The notes: generated by a model not told the origin, from the sequence alone. DNA of 64,000 nt from an uncultured Acidobacteriota bacterium (GCA_963810305.1 CAWEMY010000005.1:525304-589303), one strand, 5' to 3'; counted from the stretch's first letter, positions 19,076-28,650 are shown. Made by a program: numbers and translations.

Positions 19076-20220
19076 AGGCGTGGGCCTTCATCATCGACAA
19101 CTCGCTGCTCCTGGTCGCGGGAGCCGTATCCGCCCTGGTGTGGGCCAATCTCGATCCGGCGTCGTACGAGCACTTCGCTCACGGGCCGATCCATTTCGCC
19201 ACCAACGACGTCGGTATGGCGTTCTTCTTCGCGCTTGCCGCGAAGCAGATCATCGAGGCCCGCCTTCCCGGGGGCGCGCTGGCCTCGCCGCGAGAAGCCG
19301 CAGTACCCCTGATCGCTGCGGTCGGCGGCATGGCGGGGCCCGCGCTTATCTACGTCGCGCTGGCTTCGGCGCTAGACCGTCCTGAGCTGTATCGGGGCTG
19401 GGCTGTCCCGTGCGCGACCGACATCGCGTTCTCGTACATGGCAGCGCGCCTGATCTTCCCTCCGAGGCACCCGGGCATTCCATTTCTCCTGCTGCTGGCG
19501 ATCGCCGACGATGCGCTCGGCTTGATCCTGCTGGCGGTCTTCTATCCGACCGGGCCGCTCTCGCTCGCTCACCTTCGTCGCCCTGATGGTTCCTGCGATC
19601 GCCGTGTCCTACGCGCTGAAGAAGTTCCGGACGATCAGCTTCTGGCCGTACCTCGCCGTCGGCGGGGGACTGTCCTGGTGCGCCATGTATTTTGGCGGCA
19701 TCCATCCGGCGCTCGCTCTTGTGCCGATCATGCCGCTGATGCCGCACGCCAAGCCGCGATCCTGGGTCTCTTCGACGCCGCGCGAAGGACAGCCTTCCCG
19801 ACACCATGAATCGCTTCGAGCATTTCTTCAAGATGCCGGTCCAATTCATCCTCTTCTTCTTCGGTCTGGTGAATGTCGGAGTGCCGCTCGGTGGCATCGG
19901 CACCGGCACCTGGATCGTGGCTGCTCGCGCTGCTGGTCGGAAAGCCGGTCGGCATCGTTCTGTCGACCGTTCTGTCGATCAACGCGGGCCTCCGCGCGCC
20001 CGGAGGCCTGACCACGGTGCACACCGTGGTGGTCGGCGTCGCCGCCGGCATCGGCTTCACGGTTGCCCTGTTCTTCGCGACCGCCGCCTTCCTGCCAGGT
20101 CCGGTCCTCGACGAAGTCAAGATGGGATCGCTTCTCAGCTTTCTCGCAGCCCCTGGCGCCATCCTGCTCGGCCGCGCCGTCGGGCTTCGCCCGAGCGGAT
20201 CCCGGATCGCTGATCGCTGA
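19072..20220 (+). pseudogene. nhaA: Na+/H+ antiporter NhaA, spread over three frames with about four frame changes
   Basis: NhaA-like segments appear successively in track ORFs 18778..19809, 19586..20011, 18778 frame again, 19806..20213 and 19873..20220. Junctions are near 19565, 19745, 19800 and 19915. Confidence 0.85.
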
Positions 20221-20267
20221 TCGCTTATCCCCAAGAACAGATCCCGCATCCCGGATCCCGGCTCCGC
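20198..20267. repeat. Heptamer tandem repeats (GATCGCT / GATCCCG type)
   Basis: The first array is GATCCCG GATCGCT GATCGCT GATCGCT TATCCCC (20198-20232). The second is GATCCCG CATCCCG GATCCCG GCTCCGC (20240-20267). Looser copies run on to about 20335. The block overlaps the nhaA 3' end. Confidence 0.65.
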
Positions 20268-20340
20268 CAGGCTCGCGCGATCCGCGGATCGTTCCGAAGA
20301 TCAGGGCATCACGCATCCGGATCCGGCATTCCGTTATGCT

Positions 20341-21465
20341 GTGCCGATGGAGGCAACCGACCGTCCGGTCGCGGATGCATCGTGGGACGAGCACTACCGC
20401 GACGAGCGTGACGCCGCGTTTCTCTATCGTGCGCTGGCGAGTGTCGAGCCGACGGTCGAACGCCGGGAGCTGTTCGAGAAGCTCGCGGCGGTCGAGGATC
20501 GTCACGCGCTTCGCTGGGAGGAACTGTTCAGGGACGCCGAACGACCGCTGCCCGCGCACGCTCCGGCGTTCAGAACCCGCGTCCTCGCGTGGATGGCGCG
20601 GACGTTCGGGTCCTCGCTGATCCTGCCGATGATGCTCGCTGAAGAAGGGCGCGAAGTGCAGGCGTATCTCGGGCTGGCGCGCGGGTCCTCGAATCGGCTC
20701 ACGCACAAGGCCGCCGTCGATATCGCAGCCGACTCCGCCGTCCACGCGCGCGAGCTGTCGGAGGCAATGGGCCGCGAAGGTGAACCGTGGCACACCGGCG
20801 GCGCCGGCGGCGTGCTGCGCAGCGTCGTTTACGGGTTCAATGACGGGCTGACGGCGAACTTCGGCCTCGTCGCCGGCGTGATCGGGGCGGACGTCGCCCC
20901 CCACATCGTGATCATCAGCGGCGTCGCCGGAGCGATTGCCGACGCACTGTCGATGGGATCGAGCGGCTACCTCGCGGCAAAAAGCGAGGCGGAGGTCCAC
21001 GCGCATCAGATCGAGATGGAGCGTCACGAGATGCGGCTGATGCCGGATCTCGAGGAGGAGGAGCTGGCGCTCATTTACGAAGCGAAGGGGCTGCCGGTCG
21101 ATCGTGCACGCGAAACGGCGCACGCGATGATGCAGGATCCCGCTCGCGCCCTGGACGCGATGGTCCGGGAGGAGCTGAACATCCATCCGGCGGAGCTCGC
21201 GCCACTGAAGGACGGCGTGATCACCGGCACCGCGACCGCCGTCGGCGCGTTCATCCCGATCCTGCCGTTCATGATGATGGCCCACGGCAGCGCGATCTGG
21301 GTGTCGCTGGCGATCAGCATGCTCGCGCATTTCGCCATCGGTGGCGCGCGCAGCCTGTTCACCGGCCGCGGCGTGTGGGCCAGCGGCCGCGACATGTTCC
21401 TGGTGGGATTCGGGGTCGCCGCAGTCGGCTACGCGATCGGCGAGCTGATCACGCGGATGCTGTAG
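20341..21465 (+). CDS. mbfA: Erythrin-VIT1/CCC1 fusion (membrane-bound ferritin-like iron transporter, MbfA type)
   Basis: The N-terminus is a ferritin/rubrerythrin-like domain (ERDAAFLYRALA...EDRHA). The C-terminus is a VIT1 domain (VYGFNDGLTANFGLVAGV). The ATG at 20347 is an alternative start. Confidence 0.85.
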   Translation: MPMEATDRPVADASWDEHYRDERDAAFLYRALASVEPTVERRELFEKLAAVEDRHALRWEELFRDAERPLPAHAPAFRTRVLAWMARTFGSSLILPMMLAEEGREVQAYLGLARGSSNRLTHKAAVDIAADSAVHARELSEAMGREGEPWHTGGAGGVLRSVVYGFNDGLTANFGLVAGVIGADVAPHIVIISGVAGAIADALSMGSSGYLAAKSEAEVHAHQIEMERHEMRLMPDLEEEELALIYEAKGLPVDRARETAHAMMQDPARALDAMVREELNIHPAELAPLKDGVITGTATAVGAFIPILPFMMMAHGSAIWVSLAISMLAHFAIGGARSLFTGRGVWASGRDMFLVGFGVAAVGYAIGELITRML

Positions 21466-21489
21466 GGGCCGTTCGCGAACGGCCCCTAC
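21462..21489. terminator. 28-nt perfect palindrome GTAGGGGCCGTTCGCGAACGGCCCCTAC carrying both convergent stop codons
   Basis: TAG of mbfA (21463-21465) and TAG of the minus-strand cytochrome c (complement of 21486-21488) sit symmetrically in the two arms. It differs from 13169-13196 only by a compensatory G:C to C:G swap. Confidence 0.7.
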
Positions 21490-21884
21490 GTCTTCTTCCT
21501 CAACGACTGGACGTAGGTCACGACCGTCCAGATCTGCTGCTCGTTCAACTCCTCCTTGAACGCCGGCATCTTCGGCTTCTTCCGGCCGTTCGACACTTTG
21601 TAGAAGACCGTTCCGTCATCATTGCGGTCGGCGCGCTTCGGGTTGGTGAGGTCGTTATCTGTCGCGTCGGGATCGGCGTCCGGTCCGTCGCCGAGTCCGC
21701 CGGGGCCGTGGCAGCGCTGGCATTTGTCCTTGAAGATGGCTTTGCCGGCGGCGAGGGTCTTTGCGTCCACCGTCAGCGGATTCTTTTTCGTCGGCGCATC
21801 CTCGCCGAGAGTCCACCCGCCACTTTGCGGTACCGATAGCGCAATCACGGTCACTGCCGCGACGCAGAGAAGATGAATGCTCAT
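21486..21884 (-). CDS. Small secreted c-type cytochrome
   Basis: Internal ATG at 21884 gives MSIHLLCVAAVTVIALS (signal peptide). One CxxCH motif (CQRCH) and a distal Met (KMPAF). Confidence 0.8.
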   Translation of the reverse strand: MSIHLLCVAAVTVIALSVPQSGGWTLGEDAPTKKNPLTVDAKTLAAGKAIFKDKCQRCHGPGGLGDGPDADPDATDNDLTNPKRADRNDDGTVFYKVSNGRKKPKMPAFKEELNEQQIWTVVTYVQSLRKKT

Positions 21885-21907
21885 GTTGAAATGATACAGT
21901 TTTTTCA

Positions 21908-22798
21908 ATGAGCGACCGCCGCCAGCCAACCGAGAAGCCTGTCGAACAACCTCTGGCGTATCACGACGTGGGCTTCCTCGAAAGCACGGACGCGAGGCCA
22001 CTTCGGATTCTTGCCGAATACCTCGAGCCGCTGCAGCGGTTTCGCCTGCACAACATCCAGGACACCGTGGTGTTCTTCGGCTCGGCGCGTACACTCAGCC
22101 GCGAGCTCGCGCAGGAAGCGCTCGACAAGCTCAATACCGACGACGCCAGGAAAGCCGCCGATTACGATGCGGCGCTCAAGCGCAGCAGGAAAGCACTCGA
22201 GTGGTCGAAGTACTACGAGGAGGCCCGCGAGCTGGCGCACATGTTGACCGAGTGGAGCCTCTCGCTCGAGGAGCCGCGGCGGCGTTTCGTCGTGTGTTCC
22301 GGCGGAGGGCCCGGCATCATGGAGGCGGCCAATCGCGGCGCGCACGAGGCGGGCGGCAAGACTGTGGGCTTGAACATCCGGCTGCCATTCGAGCAGGGGC
22401 CGAACCGCTATATCAGCGAAGGCCTGCATCTCGAGTTCCACTACTTCTTCATGAGGAAGTTCTGGTTCGCCTATCTGGCCAAGGCGCTGGTCATCTTCCC
22501 CGGCGGATTCGGCACGCTCGACGAGATGTTCGAGATTCTGACGCTGGCGCAGACGCGGAAGCTGTCGAAGAAGCTGTGCGTGATCCTGTACGGCAGCGAC
22601 TACTGGCGCGACGTCTTCGATCTCAAACCGCTGGTCGAATGGGGCGCGGTCAGCGAGATCGATCTCCAGTTGTTGTGTCACGTCGACACCCCGGCGGCCG
22701 CGTTCGAGCGGCTGCGGGACCATCTGATGACGCATCACATGGTGCCGGAGACCGCGCAGGAGAACAAGGCACCGGGGATTGCCAAGACACGCGGATAG
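21908..22798 (+). CDS. LOG / TIGR00730-type Rossmann-fold nucleotide phosphoribohydrolase family protein
   Basis: Motifs GGGPGIMEAANRGA and PGGFGTLDEMFE. Confidence 0.85.
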   Translation: MSDRRQPTEKPVEQPLAYHDVGFLESTDARPLRILAEYLEPLQRFRLHNIQDTVVFFGSARTLSRELAQEALDKLNTDDARKAADYDAALKRSRKALEWSKYYEEARELAHMLTEWSLSLEEPRRRFVVCSGGGPGIMEAANRGAHEAGGKTVGLNIRLPFEQGPNRYISEGLHLEFHYFFMRKFWFAYLAKALVIFPGGFGTLDEMFEILTLAQTRKLSKKLCVILYGSDYWRDVFDLKPLVEWGAVSEIDLQLLCHVDTPAAAFERLRDHLMTHHMVPETAQENKAPGIAKTRG

Positions 22799-22811
22799 AG
22801 GAGGGACCGAC

Positions 22812-23291
22812 ATGGAACGCAAGGAGCGGGATCGGATGGTCGCGCTGTATCGCGACGGCTACCGGGCGGTGGCCGAGGCGCTCCACAACGCGACCGAGGA
22901 GGAACTCGGTGCGAGCCCCGCGCCGGGCAAGTGGTGCGCGCGTGAAATCGTCCACCATCTCGCCGACAGCGAGATGACGGCGGCCATCAGGCTGCGGCGG
23001 CTGCTCACCGAGGATCGCCCGACCATCCACGGCTACGATCAGGAGGAGTTTGCGCGTCGTCTGCACTACGACCGGCCGCATCAAACGTCCCTCGAGGCAT
23101 TTCGCTACGCACGCGAGTGCACCGCCCAGATTCTCGAACGGTTGACCGAAGCGGACTGGCTGCGCGAAGGCACGCACAGCGAAGCGGGAAGCTACGGTGT
23201 CGAGAAGTGGCTGGAGATCTACTCGCAGCACGCACATCGCCACGCGAGGCAGATTGTTGCCGCCCGCGAGGCGGCGGTGTCGAAGACCTGA
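22812..23291 (+). CDS. DinB-family (four-helix bundle, metal-binding) protein
   Basis: ATG at 22812 with GGAGGA about 9 nt upstream. His-rich DinB-like pattern (EIVHHLADSE ... QHAHRHARQI). Confidence 0.8.
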   Translation: MERKERDRMVALYRDGYRAVAEALHNATEEELGASPAPGKWCAREIVHHLADSEMTAAIRLRRLLTEDRPTIHGYDQEEFARRLHYDRPHQTSLEAFRYARECTAQILERLTEADWLREGTHSEAGSYGVEKWLEIYSQHAHRHARQIVAAREAAVSKT

Positions 23292-23307
23292 CGCCCGACC
23301 GGCGCGA

Positions 23308-24499
23308 CTAATACATCAAAAACGCTTCCCGCAATTCGCGGAAGCGTTCTTCGTCACCCTTCATCGACTCGAGCAGAGACGTAATGTCCCCGGATTCGAT
23401 CGACTCACGCAGGCGGCTCGATCCATAGAGGATGTCGATCGGCATCTTGTCGTGCTCGTATTCGTACGGGGGATCGCGCCAGGCGAACTGCTTCGGGTCC
23501 TGCAGCCGGAACTCATGGATCATCTCGACCGCCGTGCGCACCGGTTGGAAGCTCTGGCGATCGAGGACGTGCACCTGGCAGCCGCCGCACGGACGCCTCG
23601 CGTGCTTCTGGAAGGTCGGCTCGAAGATAACCGGACGGAAGTAGACACCGGGCAAGCCGCGTCCGTTCATCGCTTCCGAAAATCGATCGCCATCGATCCA
23701 TGGCGCACCGATCAACTCGAACGGCCTGGTCGTGCCGCGTCCCTCTGACAACTGCGTCCCTTCGAAAAGGACCGCACCCGGATAGACCGTAGCGCTGTCG
23801 AGTGTCGGGATGTTGGGCGACGGCATGATCCAGGGCAGCCCGGTTTCGTCGTAGAACATCGTCCGGCGCCACCCCTCCATTGGCACCACTTCGAGGTCCG
23901 CGTTGATCCCGAACTCGGTGTTGAACAGCCGTGCGAGCTCGCCGATGGTCAGCCCGTGTCGAAGGGCAATCGGGAACTGTCCGACGAAAGAGGTAAAGGA
24001 CTCGATCGAGCAGGTGTCCCTCGACGTCCACGCCGTTCACAGGGTTCGGCCGGTCGCAGACAACGACCTTCAGGCGGTGCCGTGCCGCGGCCCGCATGCA
24101 GTTGGCCATCGTGTAGGCGTAGGTATAGACGCGCGTGCCCACGTCCTGCAGATCGATCACCAGCGCGTCGAGGCCAAGCAGCATGTCCTCGGTGGGCTCG
24201 CGGACTTCGCTGTACAGCGAGAACACCGGCACGGCGCGGCGCGAGTCCCTGCCGTGTGGCGTTTCGATCATGTTGTCCTGCAGGTCGGCGCGGAATCCGT
24301 GCTGCGGGCCGAAGATCGCTGCCAGCCGGATCTCAGGATCCTCGAAGATCGAGTCGGCGCTATGGCGGAGACTGCCGCTCACCGACGCCGGGTTGCAGAC
24401 GAGACCAACCCGTTGCCCGGCGAGAAGGGCACGGTGCGATCCGAGGAGTCGATCGATCCCGAGCGACACGGTTGCGGCGGTTGGTGCGGTTGCTGGCAT
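23308..24499 (-). pseudogene. DUF1343 / NamZ-like exo-beta-N-acetylmuramidase family protein, one frame change near 24000
   Basis: The N-terminal half lies in track ORF 23513..24499 and runs as far as ...NPVNGVDVEGHLLD. The sequence SFTSFVGQFPIALRHGLTIGELARLFN... continues in the frame of track ORF 23308..23889. Confidence 0.8.
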
Positions 24500-24508
24500 C
24501 AGCGGAGA

Positions 24509-25072
24509 TTATAGAACGGGCGTTATCCGCGCGGCCTTCAGCCGGCGTGCGAGAAACGCGGCGACCACCGCGTCGGCGTAGCTGTTGAATCGGAAATGTG
24601 CCCCGTCGGCGCCGCCCGCACGCGCAAGAAGCAGATCCCGGTCCTGACGGACGATGTGCTGCACCGCGTGCCAGGGCAGCGAGGCCGTTTTCCCGCCGCC
24701 GATGAAGAGCGACCGGGATGGGGTGAACAGGACGCGCCCCGACGGTTGGGCAGCATCGGTCGGCAGTGATGCCGGCGCGGTGAAGTGGCACGCCTCGGCG
24801 CCGATCACTCGATGGTGTGTCTCGATCGCCGGCATCCCGCCGTTCGCTGTCGAGTGATGGATTTTGGCGAGCTCCGCCAGCGCCTCGAGCATCTCGATCT
24901 CGATCTCGATATCCTCGCCATCCGCTTCCAATGCAGGGAGACCGGCGCGGAGCTCGTCGAGACGCCCCTCTGCCTCCGATTCGATCGAGGCTTCCCACGC
25001 AGTGCGCCACTCGCGCCGTCGCTTCCGAGTGTCAGGTTCCTTTCGTTTCAACCAGCCAATCAAACCCATCAA
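24509..25072 (-). CDS. Hypothetical protein (187 aa)
   Basis: ORF with an AGGGGG Shine-Dalgarno sequence upstream. Basic N-terminus, acidic coiled segment, then a globular C-terminus. No family recognised. Confidence 0.5.
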   Translation of the reverse strand: MMGLIGWLKRKEPDTRKRRREWRTAWEASIESEAEGRLDELRAGLPALEADGEDIEIEIEMLEALAELAKIHHSTANGGMPAIETHHRVIGAEACHFTAPASLPTDAAQPSGRVLFTPSRSLFIGGGKTASLPWHAVQHIVRQDRDLLLARAGGADGAHFRFNSYADAVVAAFLARRLKAARITPVL

Positions 25073-25135
25073 CCCCCTGTTTCCGACTTGACTTCAGGAA
25101 TTATCCTGCCACGAACATCCCAGGCGACACCGCAG

Positions 25136-26975
25136 TCAATTCGTACGCAAACCGAGAACGAGCAGGGCATGGGGGCTCGACGACAAAGTGAGCGATTGCG
25201 TGCGCGATCCGACTCCGCTGGCAGCAACAACGGGCAGGCTGACGCCCGTCTCGCCGTCGATGATCACTCCTTCCACTCGTCGCGCCGCGCGAACGTCGAG
25301 ACGCGCGTCAGGCTCGGCGCCGGAAAGAACCACTACGTATTGTCGATCACCGGCGAAGACGTAATCGACACGCACACCCTGAGCGCCAGCGATCAATCCG
25401 CCTGGCGCGTCAGGCGGCACCCGCCGAAGCGTCCACCAGTCGAACTGCTTCATCACAGTCGCGACAGCGGTCTCGCCGCCGCGCGGCCAGACCGAAGACG
25501 GATCGTACTGCAGCCCGTCGATCGGTTCCGGCGCCGGACGAAAGCTGTAGGTCCGACCCGAGCGATTGGCGTAACACCGGACTGCCGGTTCCCTGCATTG
25601 GTCGGGTACTGGCTCGGGCGGACAAGGACGCGGCCACATGCCTTGATTTTCGCCGCGACCGACCAGCAGGACCTTGTCGCATCCCGGGGTGAAGACGGGC
25701 AGCGTTCCTCCTCTCTGTTCGAGACTTCGGGCAAATACCTCCGGCAATGGATGGCTCAATGACGGCGCATGCCGCCAGACCCAGAGGGAAAGCGTGGTCG
25801 GACGATGACCGAACTCCGGCACCGATGGAGAGTAGTGGACGAGCGAGAATGCCGACGATACGAGGGCGATAACGACGATGGTGCGGTGCGCCGCCGCGTG
25901 TGTCGCGGCCGCAAGCACTGGAATGGCGAGAGGCGTCAGCCAGACCGCGTATCTGATGATGCCGGGTGTCGCACCGTGCATGAGATTTCCGACTTGCGGA
26001 AAAGACAGCATCAGCACGACCCCTCCGGCGACAGCCATCAGGATGTCTGGTTGCAGGAGTCGGCGTCGACCGGCGGCAATAGCGGACGCGACTGCGACGA
26101 TGACCGCGAGCGCCAGCAGCGGCCAATTGGGAACGAGCCCGAGGTTCAAGTCCCAGAGCACCGCTCCCAGCTCGGTGGCGGACGGCCAGTGCGGTTGTGC
26201 GACGTCCGCAAGCAGTGACGGCGTGCGGAAGCGAGCGAAGTAATAGAAGACCGGGAGGCATGCGAGCAACACACCGGCGCCGAGCCCCGCCAGGAAGGAT
26301 GGCGCCCGCCAGGCGTCCCGCTTGCGCATCAACGTCGCAATCGCGAGCATCGGCACGAACACGGCAAACGATGGCACCTGCGCCGCAACCAGACCCGAGC
26401 AGATCATCGCGAGGCCCGGGCGATCCCGCCACAGCGCGAACGCGATCATCATGAGTGAAACGATGAACGCCTCGATGTGCACCTTGTTGCTCCACCAGAC
26501 GATCGGCCCGCCGAGCAGAAGGATGGCCGCGCCCCACCCGACCCACCGGCACACGACGTAAGAAGCGGCCATCAGCAGAGCGATGTTGATGAGCGTGAAA
26601 CTCCAGCGCGGATCCGCACCGAGCGTGCGCAGAACGGCGACTCCCGGCGCGCTCAGCGCAGGAAAGAGCCAGAAGTGAACGAAGTCCTGCCGGCCATCAG
26701 GTGATCGCCGGCCGGTTTGCCTCGATCGGCCACCGTGACAGCTCGGGGTCGAAGGGAAAAATGTCGGCGCGGATTTTCGCGATGCTCGTGTCGGTCAGCG
26801 CTGGCGCGTGACCATGAGAGAGGTTCAGGGCGTAAGCCAGGTACTCGCCGCCGTCTCCCATCATGCGAATCGGGGCCCGGGCGGCCAGCACAGCGAGCAC
26901 GAGGCCGTAAAGCAGGGTAAACAGCCACGGCCGAGCGAGAAGCGCGGGCACACTCCGCGGAACGGGTCGGTTCAC
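25136..26975 (-). pseudogene. Large polytopic membrane protein of the glycan locus (GT-C/ArnT-like or polymerase-like; function not assignable), probable frame change near 26700
   Basis: Track ORF 26697..27146 gives a TM helix plus MMGDGGEYLAYALNL. Its stop is bypassed in the neighbouring frame, which reads on as DGRQDFVHFWLFPALSAPG... into track ORF 25136..26572 (about 9 TM helices plus a 180-aa soluble tail). The GTG start at 26975 lies 15 nt after a TATAGT box. Confidence 0.5.
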
Positions 26976-27240
26976 CGGAACACCGGCTCGACTATATCGA
27001 ACCACGTGCCGTGTGGCCCCGAACGTGCTGCATGGCAGGTGAACTCGTCTCCATCTGACCAGAAGGGCTACACGAAACGTGAAGGAAGACCGCTCGGAAC
27101 AGGCAATCAATACACGTCTGCGCGAGCTGGCGGAAGAAGCGCGCAACGTCCGGCGCGACCTCGAGCAGGGCAGGTCGCCACGCGTCCCGCATCCGCGCCC
27201 GTCGGCGGACGATCGGCCGCCGCGGGGCCAGAAGAAAAGA

Positions 27241-27246
27241 TAGAAT
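27241..27246 (+). promoter_or_regulatory. Candidate -10 box TAGAAT upstream of the GT4 gene
   Basis: AAAGATAGAAT in the only AT-rich patch of the divergent intergenic region, about 35 nt upstream of the TTG start at 27281. Confidence 0.3.
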
Positions 27247-27280
27247 CCGGCGTTACGGCACTCAAATCACACAGCGTCCG

Positions 27281-28609
27281 TTGAGCGTTCTGGCGGAGGT
27301 GGCGCCCTCCCGGCGCTCCCGGCGCCTCAAGATCGTACATGTCTCGACGACGGCGTCGGGCGCACCGTGGATGGTCGCGCTCATGCGTGAGCAGAAGCGA
27401 CTCGGGCATGACGTGTCCGCCATCGTAACCGGCCTGACCCCGGACGTCATTCCGGTGCTCGACGATCCGACGATCCAGTTCCATCGTTGTCAGGCAGCGC
27501 TCCTCTCCCTTAGCGGCATCGGCGCGCGGATGAGGGCGCTGCTGGCGCTGGCGCGGCTGCTGCGGCGGTTGCGTCCGGACGTGGTGCACAGCCACGTCCT
27601 CGAGGCCGTCGTCGCCAGCCGGCTCGCGTCCTGGATTGCCGACGTCCCTCGCCATTTCGGCGGGAACGTTGCCCCGATCTCCGTCGAGTCTCCTCTGTTG
27701 CGTCCCCTGGAACTGGGCACAGCTTTCTGCGACGCCGTCACCATCGCGTCGTGCTCGCACACGCGCGATCTTTTCCTTCAGCATGGCATCCCAGCGCAGA
27801 AGGTGGCGCTGATCCATTACGCGGTCGATCAAAGCCGGCACGACCCGGCCTCCGCTGACGGCGACCGCGTTCGACGCGAGCTGGGGATCCCACTCGACGC
27901 GCCCGTCGTCGGCAAGATGGCGTACTTCTATCCTCCCGCGACCGCTGCCATGTTTCCGCAGTGGGCGGGGAGGGGTTTGAAGGGGCACGACGTCCTGATT
28001 CGTGCGGTGCCGCATGTGCTCCGCTCGATCCCGCAGGCCAGGTTCGTGATCGTCGGTTCTGGCCGCGGCGCAAAGGGAGAAGGCTACTGGGAAGAGATGC
28101 GGCAGCTTGCCCGCAACACGGGAGTGGCGGATGCGGTGATTTTCACCGGTGAACGCGCCGACGTCCCCGACACGCTGGCGATGTTCGATGTATCCGTTCA
28201 GTGTTCGCTGACTGACAATCTCGGGGGAACCGTCGAGTCGCTGCTGATGGCGCGGCCGATGGTGGTGTCGGACATCCCGGGATTCGCCGATGCGGTGCGG
28301 CACGACGAGACCGGGCTGGTGGTCCCTGCGGACGACCCGGAGGCGCTCGCCGCATCGATCGTTCGATTGCTTCGCGATCGCGCGCTGGGCCGACGGCTGG
28401 GCGAGCGGGGCAGGCAACTGATGCTGCAACGGTTCTCACTGGCGCAGGCTGTCGCGCACACGGAACAGCTGTTCGAGCGTACGGATGTGCCGAGCGACGG
28501 TTTCTTCCGGCGCGGCCGTTTTGTCGCGCGAGCGCTCATCGCGCCCTTCCGGCTCATGCCGATTCTGTGGGCGGTCAAGCGCCAACAGCTTGCCGCGCTG
28601 CGCCGCTGA
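27281..28609 (+). CDS. GT4-family (GT-B fold) glycosyltransferase
   Basis: 442 aa. The C-terminal half shows the typical pattern GERADVPDTLAMFDVSVQCSL...ESLLMARPMVVSDIPGFADAVRHDETGLVV. The start codon (TTG 27281 or GTG 27299) is uncertain. Confidence 0.85.
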   Translation: MSVLAEVAPSRRSRRLKIVHVSTTASGAPWMVALMREQKRLGHDVSAIVTGLTPDVIPVLDDPTIQFHRCQAALLSLSGIGARMRALLALARLLRRLRPDVVHSHVLEAVVASRLASWIADVPRHFGGNVAPISVESPLLRPLELGTAFCDAVTIASCSHTRDLFLQHGIPAQKVALIHYAVDQSRHDPASADGDRVRRELGIPLDAPVVGKMAYFYPPATAAMFPQWAGRGLKGHDVLIRAVPHVLRSIPQARFVIVGSGRGAKGEGYWEEMRQLARNTGVADAVIFTGERADVPDTLAMFDVSVQCSLTDNLGGTVESLLMARPMVVSDIPGFADAVRHDETGLVVPADDPEALAASIVRLLRDRALGRRLGERGRQLMLQRFSLAQAVAHTEQLFERTDVPSDGFFRRGRFVARALIAPFRLMPILWAVKRQQLAALRR

Positions 28610-28650
28610 AAACCGCCGGCAATCCGTACGGTATCGTAGCTCCCTCATCG

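Noticed and set aside
24785-25762. 325-aa plus-strand ORF spanning the 24509-25072 and 25136-26572 genes
   Set aside because: It overlaps two better-supported minus-strand genes. Its composition is Arg/Ser/Pro-rich without motifs. Its start lies inside the neighbouring gene.
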